A DNA stretch of 64,000 bases from Kondoa subrosea (taxonomy: Eukaryota). Below the pieces are notes generated by a model. It was given only the letters and a program-made list of their open reading frames with translations. It did not search any database and was not told the origin of the DNA. The stretch's first letter is position 1. Every line of letters begins with the position of its first letter. The DNA lies in NCBI GenBank assembly GCA_039545335.1, contig BCIN01000001.1, positions 2,607,136 through 2,671,135 of the forward strand. Reading direction: 5' to 3'. A program made the translations under genes and the position numbers. Shown one piece after another: positions 35,927-49,799 of this stretch.

Positions 35927-36293
35927 GCAAATAATGAGGGACTAAAACAGGACAATTTCTTTTCATATACCAAACATGAATAGCATTGGGCTTTTTGCTT
36001 CCGTCTTGCAATTCTAACATGGCATCTCATGCATTTCTCATTCTTACTAGTGACCATGTTTGTACTAACGCGCGAGCGAATAGTGTTGCTCTGGGCTCAT
36101 AGTGATTGCTAGATTAGTGGCCCGAAGCGTTCAGAGCGACAGAAGGGACATCAAGGAATGATACGACGGCAGATGGATCTCTAGTCTAGATTAAAGATTC
36201 AGACCAAAGTCAATCCGCAAATTGAAGATGCAGTTTCCAAAATGTCTTGACATGATAGGCAGACAAAGTATAACAATACAACTTCCTCTCAAA

Positions 36294-38084
36294 TCAAAAG
36301 CGCCTGGCTTTGCCTTGCAGAAGATGCTGGAAAGGAGACTGAGCCAAATTTGGGGCATTCACCCAAAGATCCCTTAGCAGTTGACTAGCGGTCGGCCGCA
36401 TCAGTTTATCGGTTGGAGATCTGCGCAACTTTTCGAGGAAAGCGCGCAGAGGAGTAGTCTGAAGAGTCGGAGCTTGTACGAAAGGACGTAGGCCAAACTT
36501 GCGAAAGATGAATTGATTAGCATCTGAGTGTCTCGATAGAAGCGTTCTGCGAATACCGATCAGACAAGTCAGTAGATGATAGGAACAGCTTACTGATTGA
36601 TTCGAGTCAGTAGAGCTTTACACTGAGGACTGAAGGGCTTTTGGTGGTTCTTTCCAATGAGACCGACTGCTTCTTTGTAAGCGTCTTCGGCAGGTTTCAT
36701 ATCCAAAGGTTTGTGACCAAGCAGCTGCAAGATGATATAGTACAGACATCCGACATCTGCCGAAGGTGACCATTTCAGCTTATTCCATAAGGACTGGTAG
36801 GCTTCGTCAGGCAGATAGAACAAGTGACCGATAAGACCCATATCCGCAGTATGCTCGACACGAGATGGCATAGGGTAAAGCTGGTCCTATACAACTCTAT
36901 TAGCTGAGTTTTGACTGGCATATAGGGAACGAACGAGATTACCAATCTTCAAGGAGCTTGGTATTAACGGACCGGCGGAAATGAAGATGTTATGCGGACA
37001 GAGTTCTCGATGCAGAATGGCACCTCTATCTTTGGTAGGCGTATGAAGGTATTGCAAGCCTTGTAGGATTTCTCGAACAAAGAACTGAACAGTCTTGATA
37101 TCGAAAGCATGATTTGGTTGTTTGTGTAGCAAAACTTCGAGAGTTTGGACTTGATCGTTCTGCGGTGATGCGTATGAGAGGGTACATAGTAGAGAAAGCG
37201 CTGCGGCTTACAGCGTGCGGATGCTCAGACATGCATAGATAAAGCTCCAAGTTGGCTTCACCCTGTGCCGAGTCCAGAAAGCGTTCCGCGAAGGCATAGG
37301 TACGCTGTCTGTCAAGTAATAAAAGACATCAGGATAGAGCGAGAGCAGAGCAGATTAAAGGTCCTACATGTTATCGTGAACCAATTTCAGCTCGAAGGGT
37401 AATCTCTGCTCCAGCATCAGCCAGAGTCGAGTATTGAGCGAAACGATTGACCTTCAGGTGGAAATAACAATCATCTGTACCGCTGATGACAAAGATACGC
37501 TTGACGGCGACTGTTCCAAATGGACTACTCTGGACCAAGCTTCTGGAACCTTTGCCCAAGATCTTTCCTTGAGAATCACAAGCTGACAGATGCATCATTG
37601 TGTCCTGTACAGCTTTCTTCTCTGTTGCATCATCAGGCAGAACACCCCAGGTCGTACGAGTAGAGTAAAGTATAGGATTGAGTTGAGGTTTTGGAAAACG
37701 CGCTTCAACGGGGAAACGCGCTTTGATCACAGACATATCGTTTCTCAAGAGCTTAGACAGCTTCAAAAGTTCCTGTCGGCGGTGTTCCGCAACTAATCTT
37801 TGCTCAAATGCCTTTTGGCGGGTGGCAGTGCCATTCCACCAGAATACTTGTTAGTGATTCATATCAGTATGGTAACTGCTATTTCGAGAGGGAAGCCTAC
37901 CAGCTCTGTTGGCTTTGCGCACCATTTGTTCAGCTTCCAAGATCTCGCGTTGAAGTGCTTTGAGTTTATTCTGGAAGGCAGGTTGATCTAATCCCGCATA
38001 CTGCGAAACGATCTCGGGGGTTAAATCAAAGACTGAAGCTTGTAGACCAGGCTGAAGAGTGGGAATAGCGGTTTTGAAGAACAT
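36294..38084 (-). CDS. Protein kinase-fold protein, probable pseudokinase
   Basis: ILGKGS, VAVKRI, REILQGLQYLH, ILHRELCPHNIFI, LKIGNLD, GHLFYLPDE, SADVGCL, RPTASQLLRDLWV. Start codon uncertain. Confidence 0.8.
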
Positions 38085-38397
38085 TGAAAGTTCAGAACGC
38101 TCGATCTGACAATAAGATAACAGAAAAAGAGATGCAGTAAATGGAAGTCTAGATGAGCGATTTACGAGAAGATACGTAGAAGAGGAAGAAAAGAACGATG
38201 ATAGAGGTAGAAGAAGAGAAAAATAGCATGACAATGGGTGCCAATTCCTGGCAGGCAGTGCGAACTCAGGAGATCCAAGTATTTACAGCGTATCGTATTG
38301 CGTTCTCTGCAGGTAACACTGACAGGCAATCAGAGACTCAGAGGCCAAGATGCAAAGCGACCGTTTCTCGACAAGGTGCCCTCAACTCAAATCAGCC

Positions 38398-41300
38398 ATG
38401 TCGTCCTCTGCTGAATATACTTGTGAGTGCAAGGCGTAGGAAGTCTGTTATATCGCTGACTAGACCTGCTATCTCTGTTTTCCAGACGTGTAAGTTGCTT
38501 TCAAGCTCGCGCTCAAGAAATGCTTATGCTCTAGGCCGGATAGCGTGGACGACGATTCGCAGAATTCGCCTACTACACAAGAGCTCAGGACAGCTTTAGA
38601 GAAAGGAAGCGACGATGTGAAGCTTGATGTATTGAGAAAGGTCGGTCCAGCAGATCTTGCGCGACATAGCAGCCCATTCACGTTGGGAGACAGGTCATTG
38701 TATCAACACTCAATGGACAAGCACACCCTCAGCTTCTTATGCCAATCATTCAACACGTCTTGCCTTCCAAGAACAAAGCCATCAAGAAACTGTTACACTT
38801 TTACTGGGAAGTCTGCCCTAAGCTAGACGAGAATGGCAAGCTTAAACAGGAGATGATCCTTGTCTGGTCAGTGATCGTCGTGTCGGCAAGCATTTGAGAC
38901 TGAATCCCTCGCAGCAACGCTATTCGAAATGACCTGCAACATCCTAACGAATACATTCGCGGAGCAACTCTGCGGTTCTTACAAAAGATCACTGAACCAG
39001 AACTACTAGAACCCTTGATCCCAACATGTCGGTCTTGCCTCGAACATCGCCATTCATACGTTCGCAAGAATGCAGTTTTCGCAGTTTACCAGATCTATCA
39101 ACGCAATGAAATCCTTATTCCCGACGCACCCGAACTCATCCATACTTTCCTCATCGCTGAATCGGATTCTACTTGTCGAAGAAATGCTTTCATCATGTTA
39201 GCTCAATGTGCACCTTCAAGAGCTATTGACTACTTCCTTTCGATTTATGATGGACTAGGAGGCTTAGACGAACAGATGCAATTGGCCGTCATTGAACTCA
39301 TCAGAAAAGACGTCAAGGATACTAAAGGCGAAACGCAGATGAAGGCTAGATATATCAGAGCTATCTTCCAGTTGTTGGGCGACAAGACGGAATCGAGGAG
39401 CGTCAAGTACGAAGCTGCTGGAATGTTGACTTCTCTTACACAAAATCCTGCTGCTGTAAAAGGTCAGCAAGAATGAGGATCTTCATCCTACGGTGCTGAG
39501 TCCCATTGCTTTGTTTGACAGCTACTGCAACTGCCTATATCGATCTTATCGTCAAAGAATCCGACAATAACGTCAAACTTATCGTTCTCGACCGAGTAGA
39601 AGCTTTGCGAGCGAGAAACGATCAAGGTGTACTGGATGATTTAGCCATGGATATCTTGCGAGTCCTCACTTCACCAGATATGGAAGTCAAGAAGAAAGGT
39701 TTGCAGATCGCTTTGGATCTGGTTTCGAGCAGGAATGTGGAAGAGGTCGTTCAATTCTTGAAGAAAGAATTGGTTCGGACTTTGGATGCTCAATTCGAAA
39801 AGGTTCGTGCCTAGACGACGCTCTGTGAGATATTGCTCACTGCCTTGTTTACCGCATCGAACAGAACCCTGAATACCGTCAACTCCTCATTCAATCCATT
39901 CATACTTGCGCCATCAAATTCTCTGAAGTAGCTTCCAATGTTGTTCATGTTCTTCTCGAGTTCCTAGGCGATTCCAACAATACAGCAGCTGTAGATGTAA
40001 TTTCGTTTGTGAGAGAAGTCGTAGAAAAGTTCCCGGATTTGAGAAAAGGCATCGTTGAGAAATTGAGGGATACTTTCGGGGAAATCAAGAGCGGGAAAGT
40101 TTTCCGTGGAGCTTTATGGATCGTTGGAGAGTACGCTGAGGATATGGATGGTCTGTCATCTTTTACACATATTTTATTCATCTAGCTGAAGGTTGTGGTT
40201 AGATCTGGAATTGGCTTTGGAACAAATTCGAAAGGTCATTGGCGAAGTTCCAATCCTTGCTTCCGAACAGGTCAGTTGGCGATTGCATTTTATTTGCCTC
40301 AGTGCTGATGATGCACTCGCCGCCTGACAGAAATTACTCGATCAAGCTGAAGCAGACGCAAAAGAAGCAGAAGAAGAGATTGCTGTCGGGCCAAAATCAA
40401 CCACAAAGGTTCTGGCTGATGGAACTTATGCTACCGAGACTATCTACTCTTCTTCCGCGACTGCTAAGCTGGAAGCTGTTCGATCAGCCACGAAACCTCC
40501 CTTGCGATGTAAGTATGCTTTCTAAGGAGCACTGTTGCAAGCTGACAATTCGTTGCAGCACTCATCCTTGGAGGCGACTACTACACAGGAACTGTTCTAG
40601 CTTCCACCTTGACCAAGATTGTTCTCCGCTTTGCTGAACTTTCGCAAGATCAACATAAAGTCAACCAGCTTCGAGCGGAAGCTATGCTTATCATGACTTC
40701 GATCATTCGGATCGGTCAATCTCCCTTCTCTTCCGCGCCGATTGACGAAGATTCAGTCGAAAGAGTTACCACATGTCTGCAATCTTTGGCTAATGTAGGC
40801 ATCAAGAAAGTCTTCCTGCAAGATACGCAAGCAGCATACACCAATATGATTGCGCATGAGGAGAAGAAGGTACAAGAAAAGAGAGCAAAAGAAGGAAAGA
40901 CAGTCAAGGTTCAAGCAGACGATTTGATTTCCTTCAGGCAATTCTCGAAGAAGGCTGGAACAGATGCAGACGAGGTCAGTCACTATCACAGGTCAGCTAC
41001 TAATTGCTAACAAATGTATGGACCGACAGTACGATGCTGACATCACAAAAGCCACCGGAGTTGCAGAAGCTGCGAAAGACGACTTCTTGTCCAAGCTCAG
41101 CCGTGTGGTCCAATTAACAGGTACGTTCAGGGATGCTAGATCAATCAGTGCCGCCTGATGATTCTGCATTTTTGTTTACAGGCTTCTCTGATCCTGTTTA
41201 CGCCGAGGCTTATGTCAATGTCCATCAATTCGATATCAATTTGGGTCAGTGCTCCGTTCTCTGTTCGCTCGACCAGACTCAAAATATGCTTCAGATGTGC

Positions 41301-42083
41301 TCATTGTCAACCAAACAACCGAAACTTTGCAAAACCTGACTGTCGAATTCGCAACATTGGGCGATCTCAAGATATCGGAACGGCCAGTAGCACATACTCT
41401 CGGTCCTCATTCTTTCCAGAGCATCAAGACCACTATCAAAGTTTCGTCAACAGAAACAGGCGTCATCTTTGGCAATATCTTCTATGATGCGCATGCGACA
41501 GCAGACAGCAAGGCTGTTGTGCTGAATGACATTCACATCGATATTCTGGACTACATCAACCCTGCCTACTGCAATGAGACTAAATTCCGAAGCATGTGGA
41601 CAGAGTTCGAGTGGGAGAACAAGGTCAACGTCAACACAACTATTACAGATTTGCGGACGTGTGAGTCTTTCAACCTGATGTTGTGAATTTACTCATCATC
41701 GGGCGCAGATCTGAATCACATCATGGCTTCGACGAACATGTCTTGTCTGACGCCGGATGCCGCTCTTTCTGGAGACTGTGGCTTCTTATCAGCGAATATG
41801 TATGCAAGGAGTTTGTTCGGTGCGTGCTCTTGATCGCTTCGCTAGGTTATAGCTGACCAGGCGAGCCCAGGCGAGGATGCTTTGGCCAATCTAAGCATCG
41901 AGAAACTAGCAGATGGGAACTTGCAGGGTCATGTTCGCATCAGGTCGAAGACGCAGGGAATTGCTCGTATGTTCAGAGCTTCTTCAGTAGCAACACGTTC
42001 GCTTATGCCTATGCTTCTTTGCTGCTATAGTCTCCTTAGGCGATAAGATATCGACGAACCAAAAGGGGATAGCTCAGCCATAG
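38398..42083 (+). CDS. SEC26: Coatomer subunit beta (beta-COP)
   Basis: [103 protein letters not shown]. Confidence 0.97.
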
Positions 42084-42185
42084 TATGCTGACTTTGTACA
42101 TGAAATTGCATTGTTACAGGTATTTTGATGCAGGTTTTCCCCCTGTTATACATCTCGTTCGCTTCGCTGCTACATACTAAGGATC

Positions 42186-43643
42186 TTACTCTGGTAGCAA
42201 GCTGACGTCGAAGTCGTCGTCTAGCAGATCGTCAAACTCGTCGGCTCCTTCTTCTCGCTTCACTTTCTTGCTCGGACTTGGCTTATCACACAAAAGCGGT
42301 GCAATGACGGGTTTGACATCTGGCTCATCTTTCGGTTTGTGCGTGAGGTGCCGCCGCAACGCGAGCAGATCAGACAGTTTCATTTGTGTCTTCTCGCCCC
42401 AGCCATCTAAGGAACAGTCGTAAATGTGAGTTAAAACGATTGCGTACGAGCTGGCTCTTTGCCTTACCGCCAGCCGGACGAAAGGCGATATATAGACCAT
42501 ATCTATGCAGATTTGAGCATGTGCGGATATTCATGGAGCATTTGCTCACCCTTTTTCATTCAGTTCTTTTGGCGGAAAGGACTCTGCTAGCATGCGCATA
42601 GCACCTGAATCCTAATGATAAGGCTTCCCTTCACACTAAGGCACGGCCAAACTGACTAATCACACTTCCCAATTGTTGACGGAACGATCTTTGCAGATAG
42701 CCATAAGCTTTCGATGGCTCCACCATTTCTCCTTTGACCACTCCTCTCCATTGTTCGTCCGATCGAGAGATGACCGGCACCTGTCTGCCCATCAATTCAA
42801 CGTAGGGTTGCGATTGATTCTCTTCGCCGACGCCTTTCTTTGGTGAATTGTACACGCCTATTGAAACGCCTTTGCTGATGGCGTTAGCTTCAGTGTACTG
42901 TGCATCATCAAGATTCGTCAGAAGATGAGGATTCATATATATGAATCTTACAGCTTGCGCCAGTGACAAAGCTTCTTCCCGATTGAAAGACAGCTGAGCT
43001 GGGATTCAGCAGCAGTCGACATTGTTCTCGGAATGAGAGACTTACTCTCTCCGCTACTACACAACTCCAAGCCATCATGACGGGAGCTCGGTTGATAACT
43101 ACAGACTGCAATTCGAGCACCTATATTCATTGTAAGTAGACTTCCAACTTGATGCTAGAGCAGACCAACATCCTCTTCCGGCTCCTCTTTGAAATCCAGA
43201 CTGATCTGCGATGTGGAAGGACCAGAAGAAGGTAAGGGTTCGTCAAGATCAGCTTCACGACCTCTCTTCTTCGTCTTGCCCGGACTATCTTTCTTGCCCT
43301 TTTTGCCTATAGCCAGCAAGAGTTTTCGGAGCGCTGCATCATCTATTCCCAATTGCACAAGAGCTTCTTCAGTCAATGCAGCGACTCGAGCAGGACTATT
43401 GATCTGATTCTGTTGCGCAAGATTCGTAACCCAGTACGGGGCTACTGTGTGCAAGGACCGACCTTGAGTAGATTTCCTGCGACTGAGACCGCTTGTAGCA
43501 TTGTGAGGCCATTGGAAGTAAGATGGGCAAGAAATCTGCGATCATTCGGGTCAGACATGTACAGCAGCCAGATGACGAATGACCACTTGCTGATTTAACG
43601 CAAGGGGCTCTGTCGATAGCTTAGATTTGGCCTTGGGCGGCAT
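42186..43643 (-). CDS. Uncharacterised protein, probably conserved in fungi; multi-exon
   Basis: Exons with VINRAPVMMAWSCVVAER, REEALSLAQ, YTEANAISKGVSIG, ELMGRQVP, AYGYLQRSF, GWGEK; resembles an unnamed basidiomycete family from recollection only. Confidence 0.7.
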
Positions 43644-43945
43644 GATGAGCAGGCAAAATTGGTTGCAATGAGATGACCGTCCTTGATTATGTAATCAATC
43701 TACAGAGTTGAAGATGCTTAAAATGCCGCGATAGGTATCCTCCTGCGTCTCTTTCGGCATAGCTTCACACGGCTAGATGTAATTCAAGTCCATAATCGGA
43801 GCCAGATAATTTCAGTTCCAAGTGCATATCTTGAAGATATGCAAGCAGATCTTAACAACAAATAGCATAGGGTATTACAATAGCAAAGGTATCGTAAAAG
43901 CGTCATAGCAGGTATATTTCCGGAACAAAACCCATACAAATCTTC

Positions 43946-44975
43946 TTACAGATTGAGCGCAGCGAAGACTTCCAGAACACAACCTAGAAGTATGGGTGCG
44001 GAGTATGACAGCACAAGAGCGGAGGTCTTCTTAGCTATATTAAGCAGTGGAGTGAGCGATTCTACTCTGTCGACAATAAGAATGGACAAACTCCAAGATT
44101 TATACGGTCCAATCTTGATAGACGTCCAGGCGACCAAAGCAACGACAAAAATCCCACAAAAGAAGAATAGCATCATCCCACTGTAAAAAGGCTGTGAGGT
44201 TATCAAGAATACATATTCCACAGAAAAACGCACAAGCCAGGTCCGTTATGTCGAGGCTTAGCTTGAGCTTCGCTAAAGAACGTGACCAGACTATGTTTCC
44301 GCTCCCAGAACGCTAAAGCACATGATAAGAGGACCAAGAAAGCTCCAGCGCCATACACTATAAAAGGTTCAGATTACCATAAAGAAGGATACAAGAGAAG
44401 CGCAACTCACGGCCATAGAAAACCATTTCGAGAGTGTCTCTTGGTTCTCCGTTGACTAGAGCTTGTATAGTAAGGTCGAGTTAGGAAGGAAGAGTCGCGC
44501 GACTTACAGGGAACCGATCTAGCGAAATGCCAACATGAGCGGTCTGTAGTGGAAAATTGAGGACTCTTGCAAACCGTATACGAGCTTTAGATCCTTTAAT
44601 AGGCACGATAACTCCACAACCAAGGACCTGAGCCCATCTAATCAGCTGGTGTGAATTGGATCAGTCCAGGCATACGATCGCTCCAACGCCGAAAAGGACC
44701 TATCGGCCATTATTAGACCACTTCAGACTGGATCATAGAAACCCACAGAATTAAAGAGATGCAAACGAATTGCAGATGGACGCAATGGCTGTAGCTTTAA
44801 TCAGCAAAAAGCGATCTGAGCGTTAGAAACAGAGCAAATTTACAACTTGAGGAACAAGATCGTCATGCTTCTTGTAAAGGGCTGGATCGTATGGGTTCTG
44901 CTGGTAGTATTCACCATAGTAAGGATCGACTTCAGGTTGTACAGGAGGGTAGTAAGGGTTTGCATTGTAGGCCAT
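43946..44975 (-). CDS. Hypothetical multi-pass membrane protein
   Basis: Y/P-rich N-terminus MAYNANPYYPPVQPEVDPYYGEYYQQ followed by several short exons of hydrophobic segments; last exon is within ORF 43946..44233. Confidence 0.6.
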
Positions 44976-45711
44976 CTGCTTTGGAATCTATCAGAGATGT
45001 ACAAATAGGTGAATAGTAGCTCACTGATGTGTGGAGAAGGAGGAAGAGAAGTGATTGTTGAAAGCCAGGTGTGAATAATTCTCTGCTCAATCCGCTTGAG
45101 AAAATCTTCTGATCTGAAAAAAGTGACAAGAGAGTGGCTCTGCCGCCTATTAGGAGTAAGCGATAACCGATAGCCGAAGAGAGCAGTTCTTTGCAGCATT
45201 ATAGCTATATCAACACATAGGCATGAGCAATGTTGACATTTTAAGACGAAAACTGCAAAAGATGTGTTTGCAAGGAGCGTTTGTAGGAGAAGATGTCATT
45301 TAGACTTCTTACATGTGAATTTGGACGCTATGCTAGAAGACTGAAGAAAAAAACATTGGGGCGAGTAGGTAAAGAAGGGCACCGAACAGCCTCGAGGCAA
45401 TTATGGCTCCGACATCCGGACAAAGGTCTAACGGATTGGCTCCAGAGAGTGCATCAAAAGGCGAAAACAGGATAGAAGACAGCTGAGCGGTTGCATTGCG
45501 TCTGAGTAGGGTTTCGCAAGAAGCAGAACAGGATGCAGCCAGAGCGAGGTCCGTATCCGATTGAGTGATAAAAGCCGCATCATAGTTCATAGCTACGTCT
45601 TCGGGCTGCTTGCGCGTTACATCAGTTCGAACCAAAACCGCGACAAGTCTTGGGTACATTAAGTGAGATGAACTGGACCCCAGTGCATAGGCTCACCCTC
45701 TTTCCTGCTAG

Positions 45712-47966
45712 ATGCCAACGAGGTCATTGATACGCAGCTGGCGCTACATTGAAGGAGAAGAAGCAGCTTCGAAGAATAAACATCGAGAACGCAATGTGAG
45801 CTGTGCGAAGCCTGCTCGATCGTCCAGGAAGAAGAGGCCTGCTCTTTTCGGTGAGATATGGTTGGACGTGATCGATTGCATCGAGCAATGGTCATTGGAA
45901 GAGCGCCGGAAGACATTGTTCAGCTTGTGTCTTGTATCTAGTAAGCAGCTCGCAAAGTAGCTTTGAATGCACTCATAGTGTGTGTGTGACAGAGAATATG
46001 TATCACCTTGCTTTGCCAACCCTGTATAAAGAGCTGGACGACAGAAACCTCAGCGACACTCGTTTGCTGAAAACGTTCAGTGCTCAGCCCTGCCTAGGCA
46101 GACATGTTCAAGTAGCGAAACTATGCATCGATGCGCCTAAAGAACAATCTGACGATGCCGACGACACAGCATCGGATTCGTCCTTGGCAAGTCTGCATCT
46201 CCAGCTCGAGGGGAAGTTATCCCTATTGGCATATTGTTCACAGCTACTTTCACTCAAGATGACGGTAAAGAGACGACACACCGGCGAATCGTCTGCATCA
46301 AGACTAATTTCATTGCCCTCTCTGTCAGCATTTGTTGATCTGCCATTTCGAAGCACCCTTCGGCAATTTGCATTCGTCTCGGATACAAGCTCAGCAGTAC
46401 TGGGTTGTATGATCGAGCAATATTTGCAGCAATTGCCCAGCATAAGTAACATCATTTTCATTGGTCCTCGATTCACGCTCAAGCCACAAGAACCAATATT
46501 TGCCTCTGTCCAGCTCTGGGAAGGCCTAAATCGTTTCGTTTACACTACCGGACACTTGTATATGCAGGATAGCAGCTTTGAGCGATCAGCATTGGCAATC
46601 ATTCTCGCTACAGCAAGCCACTTGGCTTCGTTACAACTCACCACCAGTTTCTGCCTGACTGATCTGCTTCGATGGTGTTTGCCAGCTTCGATGAATCATC
46701 TTGTCAGCTTCCATCTCACTTGGACGGAAAATCACCTTTGCGAGATATGCGTCAATTCAATTTCAGTTTCCGATTTCTTTGCCCGGATGCCAAACTTGTC
46801 CACTTTGCATTTTGCCATCTCAAACTTGCCTGAATCACAATTGATTGAGCGACTAGAGGAAGCAGCAACAAATTCACCGCTTCCTGCTCTCGCATCTCTT
46901 TCACTTCAGACCACTTTTGCACCTGCAGCTTTTCGTCAATATGATCATATCAGCGTTTATCAACCTCTGCTTTCCGTCTTTCCTAGGTTGCACCACCTCA
47001 CCTGCTTCATCGAATTGCCAAACTTCACTTCTTTGGCTCAAGCTTTTCCAGATTTTCAGTGCCCGGAGAAAGGAAAGGTGTATTCACCTCGAGATTGCAG
47101 TGAAAGAGTATCATGGGAAATTGCTCAGGAATTCCAAAGCTTCTGGCAACTTGCTCAAGACCAGAACATTTGCGTTGATGTGTCTATCTTGAATTTTATG
47201 CTGGAGATTTCAAGAATGTGTACGGAGACTGACGGACGCTTACGCATCTGTGGCACGTATTGTTACGATCATCCAAGGAATTGCTGAGGTTCTGTCATAG
47301 ATCATTCCAATCAAACGGTAACAAGCAAGTATTTGAGCTCTTCACCACCCTCAAGCCCCATTAGAGCGGAACCGAGTGCAAGCGAGCAACAAGCCAACGA
47401 GGAAGAAGCGGACAAGGAGACAGCTCAGCAAGATCTTGCACCGATAGCTATGCCTTGTGATGATGGTCATTCAATACCTTTACTCGCGCCGAATCCTGCT
47501 ACACCGGTCAAGATGATTTCACGCGATCGTATCAGACGACGAGCACGCAAAAGTGTACTTCAGGCCAAAAGTAAACCGGTTCCTGCTTTTATCCTACCAG
47601 CTCGATTTATTGCATGTCCGTTCACTTTTCGATTCGGTAATGAGAAGAATTTGGAATTCATTAAGCCAAGACCCAAAGTTAGTTGTGGCTCGCACGACGA
47701 ATTGTTTGCTTACTCCCTATTCAGCAAACTGGACACCGGAAAATCGCTGATTTACCTTATCGCGCGAGACGTTTCTCAAAGATTCTGCACATCTTGAGTA
47801 AGTGAGCTGCCTTTTACAGATTCGTTGCATTGATTGCGGCTCAGAACTTGGCGAAAGACCTCAGATTATTTCTTTGTGCAGCATCCAATCGAAGCACGTC
47901 GGTTCAGCTGACACAAAACTACTTGCACTACTACCATTCTACGATTGCCATTGGGAAGAGGTGTAA
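45712..47966 (+). CDS. F-box / RNI-like leucine-rich repeat protein
   Basis: LFGEIWLDVID..TLFSLCLVS..LALPTLY (F-box) followed by LxxLxL repeats in ORF 45932..47287. Plausible splicing into ORF 47333 and a final exon ending at 47966; 3' end uncertain. Confidence 0.7.
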
Positions 47967-48096
47967 GTCGGTGGTGAATAAGCAGGAGCGCTATTGGCAA
48001 TGCATATTGCTGCAGCTTGCTTTACCAGAAGCACGTCGGCAGTGATTTAAATATACATTTTGTGTGCCTCTACAGCTCTGCCCTTCTTCACGCGGT

Positions 48097-49038
48097 TCAA
48101 TCCCAGGGAGACGGCTCTGCATTTGATGCAGACTCCTTTTCCTTCTCAAATGCTCCACTTGCAGCCAATGCTCTTCCTCTTTCTGTGTCTGCAAACGCAG
48201 GTGGTCTGTCCTCATCCATTGCCGACTGATCCACTCTTGCGTTTCCTGTCTTCTCACCAGGCCATGATGCATCTCCTACAGGTAAATCACCTCGTTCATC
48301 ACCGATTCTAGGTTGCTTCCTATCCCAAGAAGCTCTTCCTCCATCATCTCTACTTCCAGAGAATGCTCCACCACCGAAAGAAGCAGGTAAAGATCTTCCA
48401 CCTCTTATTCCTGGACCTAATCCAAACGCATTGCTGACTATCCCAGATGGACCGGAATTGTGATTGCCTTCAGGAGTGAATTGCAAGAAAGCGATATCCA
48501 AATAATCGCCAACAATGAAATTAACTTCGCTTAAAGTTCTAGAAGCTGTTGAACCTCTTAATTCGCCAAAAGATTTAATCAGATCCCTATGATGAATAAC
48601 TCCTAATTCTCGAGATCCAAATTCATTAAGTTGAGATTCGTAATAGACATGTTTGATGGAATAGCGAATCGTTCCTGATGGTGCTGTTCGGGCGGATAAT
48701 AGTAATAAGATAAGATCTCTCAATGCTTTCTCAAACACATTAGCAATTGTAAGCCCCAGAACTTGAAGACATTAACTCACTTGTATCTTTCCATGTATAT
48801 ACATCACAGGCTGCAGAGGAAGGAGGAGTAGAAGAAGAAGTGTATGCAGAGTCTGGGAAATGAGCAGCAGCGCCGCAGAAGAGTTTGATCAAGAAAGGCG
48901 TTGTCTAACAAAACACGATAGAATGCATGAGCGAAGTTTGGCAAAACACACAAAGTACAGGACACAGACTCTGGTTCTGTCTATTGCTGGCGCTCGGTCG
49001 TCCCTATCTGGCCTGGGCTTGCGTTCGTAGTGCGACAT
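48097..49038 (-). CDS. SAP18: Sin3-associated polypeptide 18 (ASAP complex)
   Basis: IDRTR|..TPFLIKLF..VYTWKDT..LRDL..SRTLSEVNFIVGDYLDIAF followed by a Gly/Arg-rich tail. Confidence 0.88.
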
Positions 49039-49799
49039 GCTTGTAAGTGAATGACCAGGGATTTTCGAAATTAGCAAGGTTGTCGCTGTACCATTACTTT
49101 CTGCATTCTTTTTGTCTTCGTCTGTTGTCTGCTGCATCTACATTCTGCACATGCCCGCTACTGCTTCCTTTAGTACTCTCTTGTGATCTTTGTACTGTAC
49201 CATCAGACTTCAAAACTCATGGAGATGTTTGGCTTTCCGCCGCGTTCTTGTGCTATCATATATTCGTTCAAACGCTGTTCTTCCTATTGTACGCTGGGAC
49301 ATATCCTACATCGGGCTGCAGCCATAATGCAAGCGAAATTATGCCCGGAGGATCTAACGCATCTGCTGTATGGCTGTTTCTCGCTGTTCCGTGCTGTTCC
49401 ATCACAATCAGGATTGCTCTTACTTCACTGTCACATTCCGTTGGATGCCATAAGTTTCATTGACCTGAGCTCTCCTCTTTCTTTTGATTCGGGTCCAAGA
49501 CTACATTTCGTCTGATTTGTGCCCGCTGTCGCATATGCGTGGATCCATACTTTTGAATGGATGAAGAGCAGAAGAGAAGAGAAGAGAAGCGAAAGATCCA
49601 GCATTGATTGACTGACTTGCGGGCAACTTCACGATAGTCTCTATACTACTGACTTCGGCTTCCAATATACACCGCATGTATGCAACGCGTATAGACTGAT
49701 AGTGAAACGTAGCAATGTAGACACTTTGCTTCAGCTCGCGCCTCGAAACCTGCTGACTCTCGTCATTGTCCCTATACCACCAATACTCGACTAGCAAAG

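Noticed and set aside
45200..45660. ORF 45333..45659 and neighbours
   Set aside because: No motifs or convincing exon structure; lies in the divergent promoter region of two genes.
49047..49797. Short ORFs between SAP18 and ERV14
   Set aside because: Some splice-like signals but no consistent open spliced frame or recognisable protein.
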